This document shows, in pieces, positions 43,190 to 54,354 of a stretch of 64,000 nucleotides of DNA. This stretch comes from an uncultured cyanobacterium. GTDB lineage: Bacteria; Cyanobacteriota; Cyanobacteriia; PCC-6307; Cyanobiaceae. Position numbers and translations under genes: made by a program. Numbering within the stretch: the first letter of the stretch is position 1; each line of letters begins with the position of its first letter. Below the pieces are notes generated by a model, which worked only from the letters and a program-made list of their open reading frames with translations, did not search any database and was not told the origin of the DNA. The stretch lies in contig CAVXWZ010000005.1 of assembly GCA_963765575.1 (NCBI GenBank), positions 1 to 64,000 on the forward strand. Reading direction: 5' to 3'.

Positions 43190-44608
43190 TCAGCTTGCCA
43201 CTCGGCTCCCGGCACCGGCCTGGGGCAGGGGCGGGAGCATCAACTCCTCGCGCACCTTGAACACCACCATCGAGGCGTCGTCCTGGGGCTGGCGGCCCGC
43301 CCCCACAAAACGGTCCAGGCGGGCAAACAACTGATCGAGGATGCCCTGGGCCCCCAGGCCCGCGCGACTGGCCAGCTGCAGGCTGCGGCGCAGGCGCTCC
43401 TCCTCGTAGCGCTCGCCGCTGAGGCTGCTGGCCTCAGTGACCCCATCGGTGTAAAAGAGCACCACATCGCCGCTATCAAGCACGATCGACTCGCTGCCGT
43501 AGTCGGCCTCAATCTGCAGACCGATCAGCAGACCCGGTGCATCGAGGCGTTCGACGCGGTTGAGGCGTCGCCGCCACAGCAACGGTGGATTGTGGGCGGC
43601 GTTGCTGTAGCGCATCAGCCGCGTCAGCGGGTCGAAGTCGGCGTAGAAGAGCGTCACGAACCGGTGCGACTGCGACAGGTCCTCCTGGGCCAGCTGGTTG
43701 AGGTCGTACAGGATGCGGTCGGGGGGATGGCCGCTCAGGACCCCGGCCCGCAACATGCCGCGCAGCAGGGTCATCAGCAGGCCCGCCGGCACCCCCTTGC
43801 CCATCACGTCGCCCACCACCACCGCCCAGCGGCCGCGCTCGCGACGGCGGCCCAGCAGGCGGGGCCGGGCGGGGATGAAGTCGAGGTAGTCACCCCCCAC
43901 CTCGAAGGCGGGGCGGCTGCGGGCCGCCAGGTCCACCCCCTCGATCACAGGGCAGCGGTCGGGCACCAGCTGGGCCTGGATCTCGGCGCCGATGCTGAGC
44001 TGGCGGTCCACCCGTTCGTGGCGGCGCATGTCCTGCTGCAGCACTTCGTTCTCCAGGGCCACGGCGGTGAGATCGGCCACCAGCTGCACCTGGCGCCGGT
44101 GGACCTCGCTCCAGCTGAACCCCTCCCGGCGGCTGAACACATAGAGCCGCCCGCGCTGGCGGCCGCGGGCCACCAGCGACGTGGAAAACACCTCGGCGCG
44201 GCCCAGCAGCAGCCCGACCCGCTGATCCAGGCGCATGGCCGCCTCAATCTCGGCCTCGGCACCGTCGTGGTCGACGGCCTCCAGCTCGCTGTCCGGCAGG
44301 GCGGCCAGGCGGCGCACAAGGTCGGCGCGGGGCTGCAGCGGCGCCGCGTGCATCTGTTCTCGCCACAGGCGCCCGTCCTCGCGGAAGGGCACCAGCAGGG
44401 CCCCATCGGCCTCCACCAGGCGAGCGGCCACCAGCGGCACGAGCTCCAGCAAACGGCTGAGATTGGTGAAGCTGCGCAGCACGAAACCCAGGGACGCCAG
44501 CAGCTCCTGGTTGCGGCGCTGCTCACGGTTGAGGCTGTCGAGCAGGTCCCGCACCGAGGCGGCGGGCGAGGGCGGCGGCTGGGACACAGCTGGCGGCGTC
44601 TGGCTCAC
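43190..44608 (-). CDS. GAF + SpoIIE/PP2C phosphatase (RsbU-like)
   Basis: VGGDY, GDVMGKGVPAG, FYTDGVTE, DDASM; start GTG 44608 inferred. Confidence 0.92.
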   Translation of the reverse strand: MSQTPPAVSQPPPSPAASVRDLLDSLNREQRRNQELLASLGFVLRSFTNLSRLLELVPLVAARLVEADGALLVPFREDGRLWREQMHAAPLQPRADLVRRLAALPDSELEAVDHDGAEAEIEAAMRLDQRVGLLLGRAEVFSTSLVARGRQRGRLYVFSRREGFSWSEVHRRQVQLVADLTAVALENEVLQQDMRRHERVDRQLSIGAEIQAQLVPDRCPVIEGVDLAARSRPAFEVGGDYLDFIPARPRLLGRRRERGRWAVVVGDVMGKGVPAGLLMTLLRGMLRAGVLSGHPPDRILYDLNQLAQEDLSQSHRFVTLFYADFDPLTRLMRYSNAAHNPPLLWRRRLNRVERLDAPGLLIGLQIEADYGSESIVLDSGDVVLFYTDGVTEASSLSGERYEEERLRRSLQLASRAGLGAQGILDQLFARLDRFVGAGRQPQDDASMVVFKVREELMLPPLPQAGAGSRVAS

Positions 44609-44668
44609 CGAGCTGACGCGAAGGAGTCGCAAGATAGCCGCGTTCGCCGACCCGGGCTCAGGGCGAGC

Positions 44669-46214
44669 TCAGCCGGCGAGCAGCGCCTCCACGAATTCGA
44701 AGCTGTTGAAAGGCCGCAGGTCGCGGATGCCTTCACCGGCGCCGATGAAGCGGATCGGCAGGCCCGCCTCCGACGCCACCGCCAGGGCCACTCCGCCGCG
44801 GGCGCTGCCATCGAGCTTGGTGATCACCACCCCGGTGAGGCCTGCGGCACTGGCGAAGGCCAGGGCCTGCCGCAGGCCGTTCTGGCCCTGGCTGGCATCG
44901 AGCACCAGCAGGGATTCCACAGCGGCATCAGCAGCCAGCCGGTCGATGATGCGGCGCACCTTGGAGAGCTCCTCCATGAGGTTGTGCTTGGTCTGCAGCC
45001 GGCCGGCGGTGTCCACCAGCACCAGCTCGGTGCCCTTGGCCTGGGCCGCGCCGATGGCGTCGTAAACGACGGCGGCAGGATCGGCGTTGGCGCTGGGGTT
45101 GGCGATCACCGGCACGGAGCTGCGGTCGCCCCAGGCCTGCACCTGCTGCACGGCCGCGGCGCGGAAGGTGTCGGCGGCGGCGATCAGGCAGCTGTAGCCG
45201 CTGCGCACGGCCAGGTTGGCCAGCTTGCCCAGGGTGGTGGTCTTCCCCACCCCGTTGACGCCCACCAGCAGCCACACATTCAGGCGCTCGCGCTCAGGCG
45301 CCAGCAGCGGCACACCGCTGGCTTTGATGGGGTCATCGAGGATCGTGCGCAGCTGGTCCTTGAGGAAGCGCAGGCCCTCGGCCGGATCCACCACCTCCTC
45401 GTTGAGCCGTTGGCGCAGGGCCTCGAGCACCCGGTCGGTGGCACTCACCCCCACATCGGCGCGGAGCAGGGCAGTCTCGAGGTCATCGAGCAGCTCAGGG
45501 GTGAGCGGGTCGTCGCCGAGGCTGTCGAGCAGCTGGGTGACGAAGCCGCGGCGGGTCTTCTCCAGACCCTGGCGCAGCCGGCCCAGCCAGTCGATCTCCT
45601 CCAGCGACACCTGGTCGATCGCTCGGCCCTGGGCGGCGAGCACCTCGGCCGACCAGGTGAAGGTGTCATCAAACGCCCCCAGGCGGGGCTCAACGCTGTC
45701 GGCCCTGACGGGCTCGGCGGCCGCCCGGGTGGGGGTCGGCGCTGGCGGTGGGGCGGGCTCGGGCGCCCCGGGAGCGGTGAGGGCCTGCTGGCGCTCGGCG
45801 CGGCGGGCGGCCGCCTGCTCGAGCAGGGACGGGCCGGACGAGCGGCGCTGGGGGGGCGGGGCGAACTTCGGCCTCTGCGACCGCGACCGGGGCAACGGCT
45901 GGCTCGGGAGGACGGCGGGCAGCCTCCTGCTCGGCCTTGAGGCGGGCGTAGGCCTGGCGGGCCCACTCCAGGGCGTCCTGGGATGGGGATGGGAGGGCGG
46001 CGGCGGCGCTGGGATCAAGGGCCGGCGCCGCTGGGTCATGGCTGGTCTGGCCGGGTTCGGGGGTGGCCGCACCGGCCGCGCCCGGCTCGGGAGACGCCGG
46101 CTCTGCTGGCGCTGGCTCTGCTGGGACCGGCCCTGTGGGCACCGGCTCGGCAGCAGCCGGCTCGGGGGTGGCCGCCGGGGGTTGGAGGGTGCGTTTGAAC
46201 CAGTCGAAGACCAT
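44669..46214 (-). CDS. ftsY: Signal recognition particle receptor FtsY (frameshift in N-terminal linker ~45850)
   Basis: MVFDWFKR N-terminus in one frame; GVNGVGKTT, DTFRAAA, DTAGR, TKLDG in another. Confidence 0.95.
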
Positions 46215-46864
46215 CAGGCTTCGTTCCGTGCAGCGGTGGTGTAACGGCGCAGCACGCCATTGATCATGCGTCGGCCCTGCTCATCGCTGTAGCGGTTGGC
46301 CAGTTCCACGGCCTCATTGCAGGCCACGGCGGCGGGGGTGCCGAACTCGGCCAGATCCACGGCCGCCAGGCGCAGGATGTCGCGGTCGATGCGGGGCAGC
46401 CGGCCCAGGCGCCAGCCCTCCATCACGGCGTCGAGGCGGCGGTCGATGGCGGCGCGGTCGCGCAGCACCGCCCGGGTGCGCTGGATGGCGCCGCTGCGCA
46501 CCTCGTCTTGGTCGGCGAGCAGCAGCAGGCGGGGCAGCTCCAGGCTTGCCGAGAGGCGATTGAGGGCCAGCTCGGCCGCCGCCAGACCCTGCTGGAGGTG
46601 CTGACGCACCCGCGGCAGGCGGGGAGCACCCTGCTCCTGGAGTTCACTGTCCAGCAGCTCCTGCTGGGCGGTCTGCAGGTCGGCGGCGGACCGGTCCAGC
46701 GACTCGCGCACGTGCTGGCTGAGGCTGGCCATGGCCTGGTGCAACAAACCCTCCAGGCCAGGCTCCGTGTCTGCGGGAGGGCGAGCGGCGGCCGGCTCGG
46801 CACGGTCATTGGTCTGGCCCAGCATCAGCAGGGCCAGTTCGCGGGAGAGGCTGCGACTGGACAT
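46214..46864 (-). CDS. nusB: Transcription antitermination factor NusB
   Basis: SRELAL, WRLGRLPRIDRDILRLA, NEAVELA, INGVL. Confidence 0.94.
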   Translation of the reverse strand: MSSRSLSRELALLMLGQTNDRAEPAAARPPADTEPGLEGLLHQAMASLSQHVRESLDRSAADLQTAQQELLDSELQEQGAPRLPRVRQHLQQGLAAAELALNRLSASLELPRLLLLADQDEVRSGAIQRTRAVLRDRAAIDRRLDAVMEGWRLGRLPRIDRDILRLAAVDLAEFGTPAAVACNEAVELANRYSDEQGRRMINGVLRRYTTAARNEA

Positions 46865-47592
46865 CAGGACATCTGGGGGGCCCGCAGCTGGGCCAGCAGG
46901 CTGGAGAAACTGCGATTGGAGGGGGCTTGGCGCTCGTCGGGGCTGACGATGCCGGCGGAGATGATCGTGCGGAAGGCGTCTTCCACCGAGAGCTCGAGAT
47001 CCTTCACCGAGCTCTCAGGTACCACGGTGTACCAGCCGGTGGTGGGGTTCGGCGCTGTGGGGATGAACACGCTCAGCATCGGCTCGCTGAAGCGGCCCTG
47101 AAGGGCGGTGCCGAGGGGGCCGGTCACGAAGCCGAGGGCATAGAGACCCTCGCGGGGATATTCGAGCAGCACCACGCGGCGGAAGCGGCTGGAGTTCCCC
47201 TGCAGGAAGGTTTCCAGCAACTGCTTGAGCGTCTTGTACACCGAGCCGGCCAGGGGGATGCGCAGCAGCGTGCCCTCACCGAACTCCAGCAGCCAGCGGC
47301 CCACGATGTTGCGCGCCATCAGGCCGATCAGCAGGATGCCGAGCAGGGGCACCAGCAGACCCACACCAAGATTGATCAGCTCCTGCAGGAGCGGATTGAG
47401 GGTGTTGAAGGGGTTGAACTGCTTGGGAATGGTGGTGAGAAACGCCAGCACAAAGCGGCTGACGGTGGTGGCCAGCCAAATGGTGGTAGCCAGCGGGATC
47501 ACCACCAGCAGGCCGGCGATCAGGTCGTTCTTGAGGTCCTGCTGGAGGCGGTTTCCAAGCGGGAGGTCTGGTCTGGGATTGGACTGAACCAA
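46864..47592 (-). CDS. DUF502 membrane protein
   Basis: AGLLVVIPL, EYPREG, FIPTAPNPTTG. Confidence 0.92.
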   Translation of the reverse strand: MVQSNPRPDLPLGNRLQQDLKNDLIAGLLVVIPLATTIWLATTVSRFVLAFLTTIPKQFNPFNTLNPLLQELINLGVGLLVPLLGILLIGLMARNIVGRWLLEFGEGTLLRIPLAGSVYKTLKQLLETFLQGNSSRFRRVVLLEYPREGLYALGFVTGPLGTALQGRFSEPMLSVFIPTAPNPTTGWYTVVPESSVKDLELSVEDAFRTIISAGIVSPDERQAPSNRSFSSLLAQLRAPQMS

Positions 47593-47671
47593 GGCAAACC
47601 CCGCGTTCCGGCCGTCGGCTGAGAGCGCAACTTAGCCAGCCGGCCCCCCGCAGCGCCCGCCGCAGCATGCG

Positions 47672-48346
47672 TCAGACCAGGGCCACCACCGCCACGAGCA
47701 CGAAGGCGATCGCCAGGGCCACGGCGCGACCGGTGACGCCGAAGCGGCGCTGCTGCAGCGCCAGGTTGCGGGCGAAGCGGGCCTGGGACAGCTGCTGCTC
47801 AGCCTGCTCAAGCTGGGGCCTGATCTGGCTGTCGATGAATTCCCGGGCCCGCTGCTGCTTCACCTCGGCGGTGGCCCCAGCCGGAATACGGCCCTCCTTC
47901 TCAGCCTCGGCGATCAGCTGGTCGACGAAACCGGGATCCTCCACCTGCTGCTTCTGCATCTCCAACTGCATCGCCTGCTGGGCGATCGCGGCATCCTGCT
48001 GCTGGGCCTCCTCGGCAAGGGCCGACTCGCTGGCCAGGGACAAGGGCACGGCCACCAGCATGGCAATCGCCAGCACGCCAGCCAGCACGCCCACCAGCCA
48101 GCGCAGCGGCGTGCGGCCCGGCAGCCCCTCCAGGCGCTGGGCGATCAACATCAGCAGCAGACCCACCAGCGCCATCGGCCCCTCACCCACGAGGCGGTCG
48201 AGGAACACCTGGCGGAAGGGCTCCAGATCCCAGTTCCAGTTCACCAACAGGGCGGTGAGCTGCAGCGCCGTCAGCACCACCAGGGTGAGGCCCAGCCAGC
48301 GGAGCAGCACGGAAATGCGGCTGGAGGACGCAGATGTCGATGTCAA
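47672..48346 (-). CDS. HpsJ-like membrane protein
   Basis: LRWLGLTLV, PMALVGLLLM, four TM helices around a coiled coil; start uncertain. Confidence 0.65.
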   Translation of the reverse strand: MTSTSASSSRISVLLRWLGLTLVVLTALQLTALLVNWNWDLEPFRQVFLDRLVGEGPMALVGLLLMLIAQRLEGLPGRTPLRWLVGVLAGVLAIAMLVAVPLSLASESALAEEAQQQDAAIAQQAMQLEMQKQQVEDPGFVDQLIAEAEKEGRIPAGATAEVKQQRAREFIDSQIRPQLEQAEQQLSQARFARNLALQQRRFGVTGRAVALAIAFVLVAVVALV

Positions 48347-48381
48347 GCGCTGCAGAGTGGAAAGGTGGCGCAACTGTACGG

Positions 48382-49341
48382 GTGACGACCGGCTCTGCCA
48401 GCACCCTGGCGGCGAGGCTCCGGGAGGAGGCCCGCCGACTGGGTTTTGATCCGGTAGGGATCGCCGCCGTGCCGGGCAGCGGGCGGATGGCGCTGCGCAC
48501 GGCCTCCCTGGAGCGCTGGTTGCAGCGGGGCCACCAGGCCGACATGGCCTGGATGAACGATCCCCGCCGCCGGGCGGTGGAGAACCTGTTACCCGGTGTG
48601 CGCAGCCTGCTGGCAGTGGGGCTCCCTCACCACGTGGCGGCGCAGCGCGTCCCGGGCACGCTGAAGGTGGCGCGCTACGGCTGGGGCCGCGACTACCACC
48701 GCGTGATCGAGGGCCGCCTGCGGCAGCTGGGGCGCTGGCTGGAGCAGCAGGTGGGCGCTGTGGGCTGGCGGGCCTGTGTCGACAGCGCCCCGCTGATGGA
48801 CAAGGCCTGGGCCGAGGAGGCAGGCCTGGGCTGGATCGGCAAGCACGGCAACCTCATCCACCGCCGGCGGGGGTCGTGGCTGCTGCTCGGCCATCTGCTC
48901 ACCACCCTCGACCTGCCGGCGGATGCCCCCGCCGAGCCCCTGTGCGGCAGCTGCAGCCGCTGCATGCCCGCCTGCCCCACCGGCGCCATCGTCGAGCCCT
49001 TCGTGGTGGACAGCCGCCGCTGCATCGCCTTCCACACGATCGAGAACCGTGACCCGGCCCTGCCGCAGCCGATCGCCGAGCAGTTACAGGGCTGGGTGGC
49101 GGGCTGTGACCTCTGCCAGGAGGCCTGTCCCTGGAACCAGCAACCCCTGCTGCCCAGCGATGAAGCCGATCTGCAGCCGCGCCCCTGGTGGTTGGAGCTG
49201 CGGGGGGAGGAAGCCCTGGCCTGGAGCGAGCAGGAGTGGGACCAGCGGCTGCGGGCCTCGGCCCTGCGGCGCATCCGGCCCTGGATGTGGCGGCGCAACA
49301 TCCGCGCGGCCCTGGCGGGTGGACCGCAAGCAGCTCCCTAG
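48382..49341 (+). CDS. queG: Epoxyqueuosine reductase
   Basis: YGWGRDYH, VDSAP, GWIGK, CGSCSRCMPACPT, GCDLCQEACPWN. Confidence 0.95.
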   Translation: MTTGSASTLAARLREEARRLGFDPVGIAAVPGSGRMALRTASLERWLQRGHQADMAWMNDPRRRAVENLLPGVRSLLAVGLPHHVAAQRVPGTLKVARYGWGRDYHRVIEGRLRQLGRWLEQQVGAVGWRACVDSAPLMDKAWAEEAGLGWIGKHGNLIHRRRGSWLLLGHLLTTLDLPADAPAEPLCGSCSRCMPACPTGAIVEPFVVDSRRCIAFHTIENRDPALPQPIAEQLQGWVAGCDLCQEACPWNQQPLLPSDEADLQPRPWWLELRGEEALAWSEQEWDQRLRASALRRIRPWMWRRNIRAALAGGPQAAP

Positions 49342-49347
49342 GCTGGA

Positions 49348-50247
49348 GTGAATTGCCCGCTTTCGATGCCGTCGCGCTGGCGGCGCACTCTGCTGCGCAC
49401 CTTTCCGCTCCTGGCACTCGGCGTGGGCCTCGGGGGCCTGCCCCCAGCCCAGGCCCTGGTGCCCTACATCTACGTGCCCCAGCGCCAGGAGCTGGAGGCC
49501 ACGGGGCTGGGCATCGCCCAGGCCGCGGCACGACTGCTGCAGCTGGGCCAGGCGGACGATGCGGCCCGGCTGGCGGCGCTGACGGTGCAACTGCTGCCGG
49601 CCGATCCCCGCGGCTGGGTGCTGCTTGCGGAGGCCCAGCTGCGCAGCAACCAGACGGATGCGGCGGCAACGTCGCTCGCCCGGGCCAAACAGCTCGATCC
49701 CGACAACGCCAGCATCTGGTTCGCCCAGGGGTCCCTGGCCCTGCGCGATGGCCGTCCCAACGAGGGTCTCGACCTGCTGCGCGAGGGGCTCCGCCGGGAC
49801 CCCCGCAATGCCAACGCCTACTTCGATGTGGGCAACGCATCCATCCTGCTGAACCAGCCCCGGCAGGCCCTCGAGGCCTTCGAGCGGGCTGCCGAACTGC
49901 GCGGCGATTTCTGGGAGGCGATCAACAACCAGGCCCTGGTGCTCTACGAAATGGGCCAGGTGGAGCAGGCGATCCAGCGCTGGCGCCGGGTGCTGGAGAT
50001 CCGTCCAGAGGCCGCCGAGCCCAACCTGGCGATCGCCGCCGCCATGTTCGAGCGCGGTGCCAAGGATCGCCAGGAGGCCCTCGACCGGGCCAGCAAGGCC
50101 CTCGCCACCGAGCCCGAGTACGTGCTCCCCAGCCATCAGGAGGAGCAGCTGTGGGGTCCAAAGCTGCGCGTGACCACCAAGCGGCTGTTCGAGCTGCAGG
50201 AGCTGCGCACTGATGTGGAGCGGGCCGAGGCCAACGCCGGCCCCTGA
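49348..50247 (+). CDS. TPR-repeat protein with signal peptide
   Basis: AQALVPY signal cleavage, multiple TPR helices, EQLWG tail. Confidence 0.85.
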   Translation: MNCPLSMPSRWRRTLLRTFPLLALGVGLGGLPPAQALVPYIYVPQRQELEATGLGIAQAAARLLQLGQADDAARLAALTVQLLPADPRGWVLLAEAQLRSNQTDAAATSLARAKQLDPDNASIWFAQGSLALRDGRPNEGLDLLREGLRRDPRNANAYFDVGNASILLNQPRQALEAFERAAELRGDFWEAINNQALVLYEMGQVEQAIQRWRRVLEIRPEAAEPNLAIAAAMFERGAKDRQEALDRASKALATEPEYVLPSHQEEQLWGPKLRVTTKRLFELQELRTDVERAEANAGP

Positions 50248-50318
50248 CGCCGGTCGGGGCGGTCGGGACGGCATCGGTAGGCTGAGCGCCACAATTCGCC
50301 CTCACACCGCAGCACGGG

Positions 50319-52811
50319 ATGGCCGAGGCGCGATCAGGAGACCGACCGGAAGACCCCCGGATTCAGCCGATCGCGCTGCATCAGGAGATGCAGCGCTCCT
50401 ACCTCGAATACGCCATGAGCGTGATCGTGGGGCGGGCCCTGCCGGACGTGCGCGATGGCCTCAAGCCGGTGCAGCGGCGCATCCTGTTCGCCATGCACGA
50501 GCTGGGGCTCACCCCGGATCGTCCCTACCGCAAGTGCGCCCGCGTGGTGGGGGACGTGCTGGGCAAGTACCACCCCCATGGCGACCAGGCGGTCTACGAC
50601 GCCCTGGTGCGGCTGGTGCAGACCTTCGCCAGCCGCCACCCCCTGCTCGACGGCCACGGCAACTTCGGCTCGGTGGACGACGACCCGCCGGCGGCAATGC
50701 GGTACACCGAAACCCGGCTGGCGCCGATCGCCAACGAGGCCCTGCTCGATGAGATCGGCGATGACACGGTGGACTTCGCCGCCAACTTCGACGGCTCCCA
50801 GCAGGAGCCCACCGTGCTGCCCGCCCAGCTGCCCTTCCTGCTGCTCAACGGTTGCAACGGCATCGCCGTGGGCATGGCCACCAGCATTCCGCCCCACAAC
50901 CTGGGGGAGATCGTCGATGCCCTGATCGCCCTGGTGCGCAAGCCGGAGCTCTCCGACGACAAGCTGCTCGAGCTGGTGCCCGGCCCCGACTTTCCCACCG
51001 GCGGGGAGGTGCTGATCGGCAGCGGCGTTCGCGACACCTACCTCGGCGGCCGCGGCAGCATCCCCATGCGCGGCGTGGCCCATTTCGAGGAAGTCCAGCC
51101 GGGCAAGGGCCGGCACCGCCGCAGCGCTGTGGTTGTCACGGAACTCCCCTACCAGCTGAGCAAGGCGGGCTGGATCGAGAAGTTGGCGGAGCTCGTGAAC
51201 GAGGGGCGCATCGGCGGCATCGCCGACATCCGTGATGAGAGCGATCGCGATGGCATGCGCGTGGTGGTGGAGCTGCGCCGCGATGCCGACCCGGAGCAGG
51301 TGCTGACCGATCTGCAGCGGCGCACCGCCCTGCAGAGCAACTTCGGCGCCATCATGCTGGCCCTCGTCAACGGTCAGCCGCAGCAGCTGAGCCTGCGCCA
51401 GCTGCTGCTGCAGTTCCTGGAGTACCGGGAACACACCCTGATCCGCCGCACCCGCCATGCCCTGCGCAAATGCGAGGACCGGCTGGAGGTGGTGGAGGGG
51501 TTGATCAGGGCCCTCGACGACCTGCGCCGGGTGATCGAGATGATCCAGGAAGCGCGGGATGCGGCCAGCGCCCGGGCCAGCCTGCAGGTGCATCTGGATC
51601 TGAGCGAGCGCCAGGCCGATGCCGTGCTGGCCATGCCGCTGCGGCGCCTCACCGCCCTGGAGCAGGACAGCCTGCGCCAGGAAGCGGAAGAGCGGCGCCA
51701 GGAACGCACCCGCCTGCGCCACCTGCTGAACGACCGCAGCACCCTGCTGGACACGCTGGTGAGTGAGTTCCGGGGGCTGAAGAAGCGCTACTCCACACCG
51801 CGCCGCACCCGGCTGGTGGAGGGCGGCGACGAACTGGCGGCCCAGCGCAGCGCCGCCCAGCGCCCCAACGCCGAACTGCAGCGCCGCCAGGCCCTCAACG
51901 CCCTGGCGGGCGATGCGCGGCTGCTGATCCAGGCCGATGGCGCCGTGAAGATCCTGGCGCCCCAGACCCTGGGCCGCCTGCACCTGGAGGCGGCGGCGGA
52001 AAGCGGTGAGCACCCGGCACCGGCTCGGCTGATCCTGACGGTGCAGCACCAGCCCCAGGTGCTGGCCTTCACCGCCGATGGCCGCGTGGCCCTGCTGCGC
52101 TGGGAATTCGCCGGGCAACAGCCTGGCCCCCTGGAGCGCTTCCTGCCCGACAGCCTGGAGGGCAGCCGCGTGCAGCAGGTACTCGCCCTCCCCACCGACC
52201 CCGGCAGCTGCTCCAGCCTGGGGCTGCTGAGCAGCGATGGTCGCTGCAAGCGCCTGCCGCTGGAAGCCTTCCAGGAACTCTCCGGCCGTGCCGCCACGGT
52301 GCTGAAGCTGCGCGATGGGGTGACCCTCAGCCGGGTGGTGCCCTGCCGCGAGGGCGGGGAGCTGGTGGTGGCCAGCAGCACCGGTCGCCTGCTGCGCCTG
52401 GCGGTGAACGAAACAGATCTGCCGCTGATGGGCCGCAGCGCCCAGGGACCGGTGCTGCTGCGGCTGCTGCCGGGCGAAGCAGTGGTGGGCGCGGCCGGGG
52501 TGGTGGGGCCCCAGGGTGCGGTGCTGCTGGCCAGCCGTCGGGGTTGGATCAAGCGGTTACCCGTGGCTGAGCTGCGCCTCTGCCAGCGCGGCGATCTGGG
52601 CCAGATCGGCCTGCACTTCAGCGAGCGCCAAGACAGCCTCGCCGACCTCTGCGACGCCGCTGCACCGCTGGTGGCGGCCCTGCTCGGCAACGGCCGCAGC
52701 ACCCGGCTCGAGCCCGCCAGCCTGGAACCGCAGACTGCCAGCGAAGCGGGCACAAGCCTGGGGTTGGCGGAGCGGGAGGAGCTGCAGGCCCTGGTGCCGC
52801 TGGAGCGCTAG
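50319..52811 (+). CDS. parC: DNA gyrase/topoisomerase IV subunit A paralogue (no recognisable GyrA-box, so ParC-like)
   Basis: [37 protein letters not shown] GyrA-box not seen; gyrA/parC assignment tentative. Confidence 0.85.
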   Translation: MAEARSGDRPEDPRIQPIALHQEMQRSYLEYAMSVIVGRALPDVRDGLKPVQRRILFAMHELGLTPDRPYRKCARVVGDVLGKYHPHGDQAVYDALVRLVQTFASRHPLLDGHGNFGSVDDDPPAAMRYTETRLAPIANEALLDEIGDDTVDFAANFDGSQQEPTVLPAQLPFLLLNGCNGIAVGMATSIPPHNLGEIVDALIALVRKPELSDDKLLELVPGPDFPTGGEVLIGSGVRDTYLGGRGSIPMRGVAHFEEVQPGKGRHRRSAVVVTELPYQLSKAGWIEKLAELVNEGRIGGIADIRDESDRDGMRVVVELRRDADPEQVLTDLQRRTALQSNFGAIMLALVNGQPQQLSLRQLLLQFLEYREHTLIRRTRHALRKCEDRLEVVEGLIRALDDLRRVIEMIQEARDAASARASLQVHLDLSERQADAVLAMPLRRLTALEQDSLRQEAEERRQERTRLRHLLNDRSTLLDTLVSEFRGLKKRYSTPRRTRLVEGGDELAAQRSAAQRPNAELQRRQALNALAGDARLLIQADGAVKILAPQTLGRLHLEAAAESGEHPAPARLILTVQHQPQVLAFTADGRVALLRWEFAGQQPGPLERFLPDSLEGSRVQQVLALPTDPGSCSSLGLLSSDGRCKRLPLEAFQELSGRAATVLKLRDGVTLSRVVPCREGGELVVASSTGRLLRLAVNETDLPLMGRSAQGPVLLRLLPGEAVVGAAGVVGPQGAVLLASRRGWIKRLPVAELRLCQRGDLGQIGLHFSERQDSLADLCDAAAPLVAALLGNGRSTRLEPASLEPQTASEAGTSLGLAEREELQALVPLER

Positions 52812-54328
52812 CGGGCGGCAACCACCTGCCGGGAGGCCGCCAGGCCGGCCGGCTCAAGCATCAGCTTGCTGGAGCTCACCTCCTCGTCCATCTCGATCGG
52901 ATAGGCGCCGTCGAAGCAAGCGGTGCAGAAATGGCCGGAGTGGGCCTGGGCGGCCTCCACCATGCCCTCCTTGCTGAGGTAGGAGAGGGAATCAACGCCC
53001 AGGTGGGCGGTGATCTCCTCGAGGGTGAGGCGGGCGGCGATCAACTGGTCCTGGGTGTCGGTATCGATGCCGTAGAAGCAGGGATGGGTAACCGGCGGCG
53101 AGCTGATGCGCATGTGCACCTCGGTGGCACCGGCATCACGCAGGGCCGCCACCAGCTTGCGGCTGGTGGTGCCACGCACGATCGAGTCGTCGATCACCAC
53201 CACGCGCTTGCCGGCCAGCACATCGGGGAGGGGGTTGAGCTTCACGCGGATGCCGGCTTCGCGCATCGCCTGGGTGGGCTGGATGAAGGTGCGGCCCACG
53301 TAGCGGTTCTTGATCAAGCCGTCAGCGAAGGGGATGCCGCTGACCTGGGAGTAGCCGATGGCGGCGGGGATACCGGAATCGGGCACGCCGATGACGATAT
53401 CCGCCGCCACGGGGGTTTCACGGGCCAGCACCTCGCCGATGCGCACCCGGTAGCTGTAAAGCGACTCGCCGAAGAAGCGGCTGTCGGGCCGGGCGAAATA
53501 AATCATCTCGAACACGCACAACTTGGTGGGTTCCTCGGACCAGCGCAGGCGGCGGGGTTCGGGATCATGCAGGCGGAAGTGAATCAACTCGCCGGGCAGC
53601 ACGTCGCCGCAGAAGCTGGCACCGATGATGTCCAGCCCACAGGTCTCGCTGCTCACCACCCAGCGAGCCTCGTCCTGCTCGCCGATGTGGCCGAACACCA
53701 GCGGCCGGATGCCGTGGCCGTCGCGCAGGGCGAACAGACCATCCGGGGTGCCGATCGCCAGGCTGAAGGCCCCGCGGCAGAGACCGGCCGCGGCACGGAT
53801 GGCGGCCTCCCAGTCCTGACCGCCGTTGACCGCGCGTTGCACGGCGAAGGCGATCAGCTCGGAGTCGGTGGTGGAGGTGAGCTCACTGGCGAGGTCGGCG
53901 AGTTCCTCACGCAGCTCAGCAGCGTTGACCAGGTTGCCGTTGTGGGCGAGGGCAAACGGCCCCAGGCGGGTGTTCAGCAACACCGGCTGGGCATTGCAGA
54001 CCTTGCTGCTGCCGGTCGTGGAATAGCGGTTGTGGCCGATGGCCAGAGACCCCGGCAGCCGCTGCAGCACGTCCTGATCGAAGACCTGGCTGACCAGGCC
54101 CATGTCCTTGTGCATGCGCACCTGGCCGTCATCGTCGAAGACGGCGATGCCCGCCGACTCCTGGCCACGGTGCTGGAGGGCGTAGAGGCCGAAGTAGGCC
54201 AGGTTGGCAACCGGCTGATCGGCGGCCATCACGCCATAGACGCCGCAGGCCTCCTCGGGCTTGTCGGGACGCTCCATGGACCCGGAACGCTCGGAGGAAA
54301 CCATCAGCACAGGCCTCTCGATGCGCAA
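52808..54328 (-). CDS. purF: Amidophosphoribosyltransferase
   Basis: EEACGVYG (propeptide then Cys), [28 protein letters not shown]; exact start uncertain. Confidence 0.97.
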   Translation of the reverse strand: MRIERPVLMVSSERSGSMERPDKPEEACGVYGVMAADQPVANLAYFGLYALQHRGQESAGIAVFDDDGQVRMHKDMGLVSQVFDQDVLQRLPGSLAIGHNRYSTTGSSKVCNAQPVLLNTRLGPFALAHNGNLVNAAELREELADLASELTSTTDSELIAFAVQRAVNGGQDWEAAIRAAAGLCRGAFSLAIGTPDGLFALRDGHGIRPLVFGHIGEQDEARWVVSSETCGLDIIGASFCGDVLPGELIHFRLHDPEPRRLRWSEEPTKLCVFEMIYFARPDSRFFGESLYSYRVRIGEVLARETPVAADIVIGVPDSGIPAAIGYSQVSGIPFADGLIKNRYVGRTFIQPTQAMREAGIRVKLNPLPDVLAGKRVVVIDDSIVRGTTSRKLVAALRDAGATEVHMRISSPPVTHPCFYGIDTDTQDQLIAARLTLEEITAHLGVDSLSYLSKEGMVEAAQAHSGHFCTACFDGAYPIEMDEEVSSSKLMLEPAGLAASRQVVAAR

Positions 54329-54354
54329 GCCGAGGTCGCATTCTGCACGAGCCG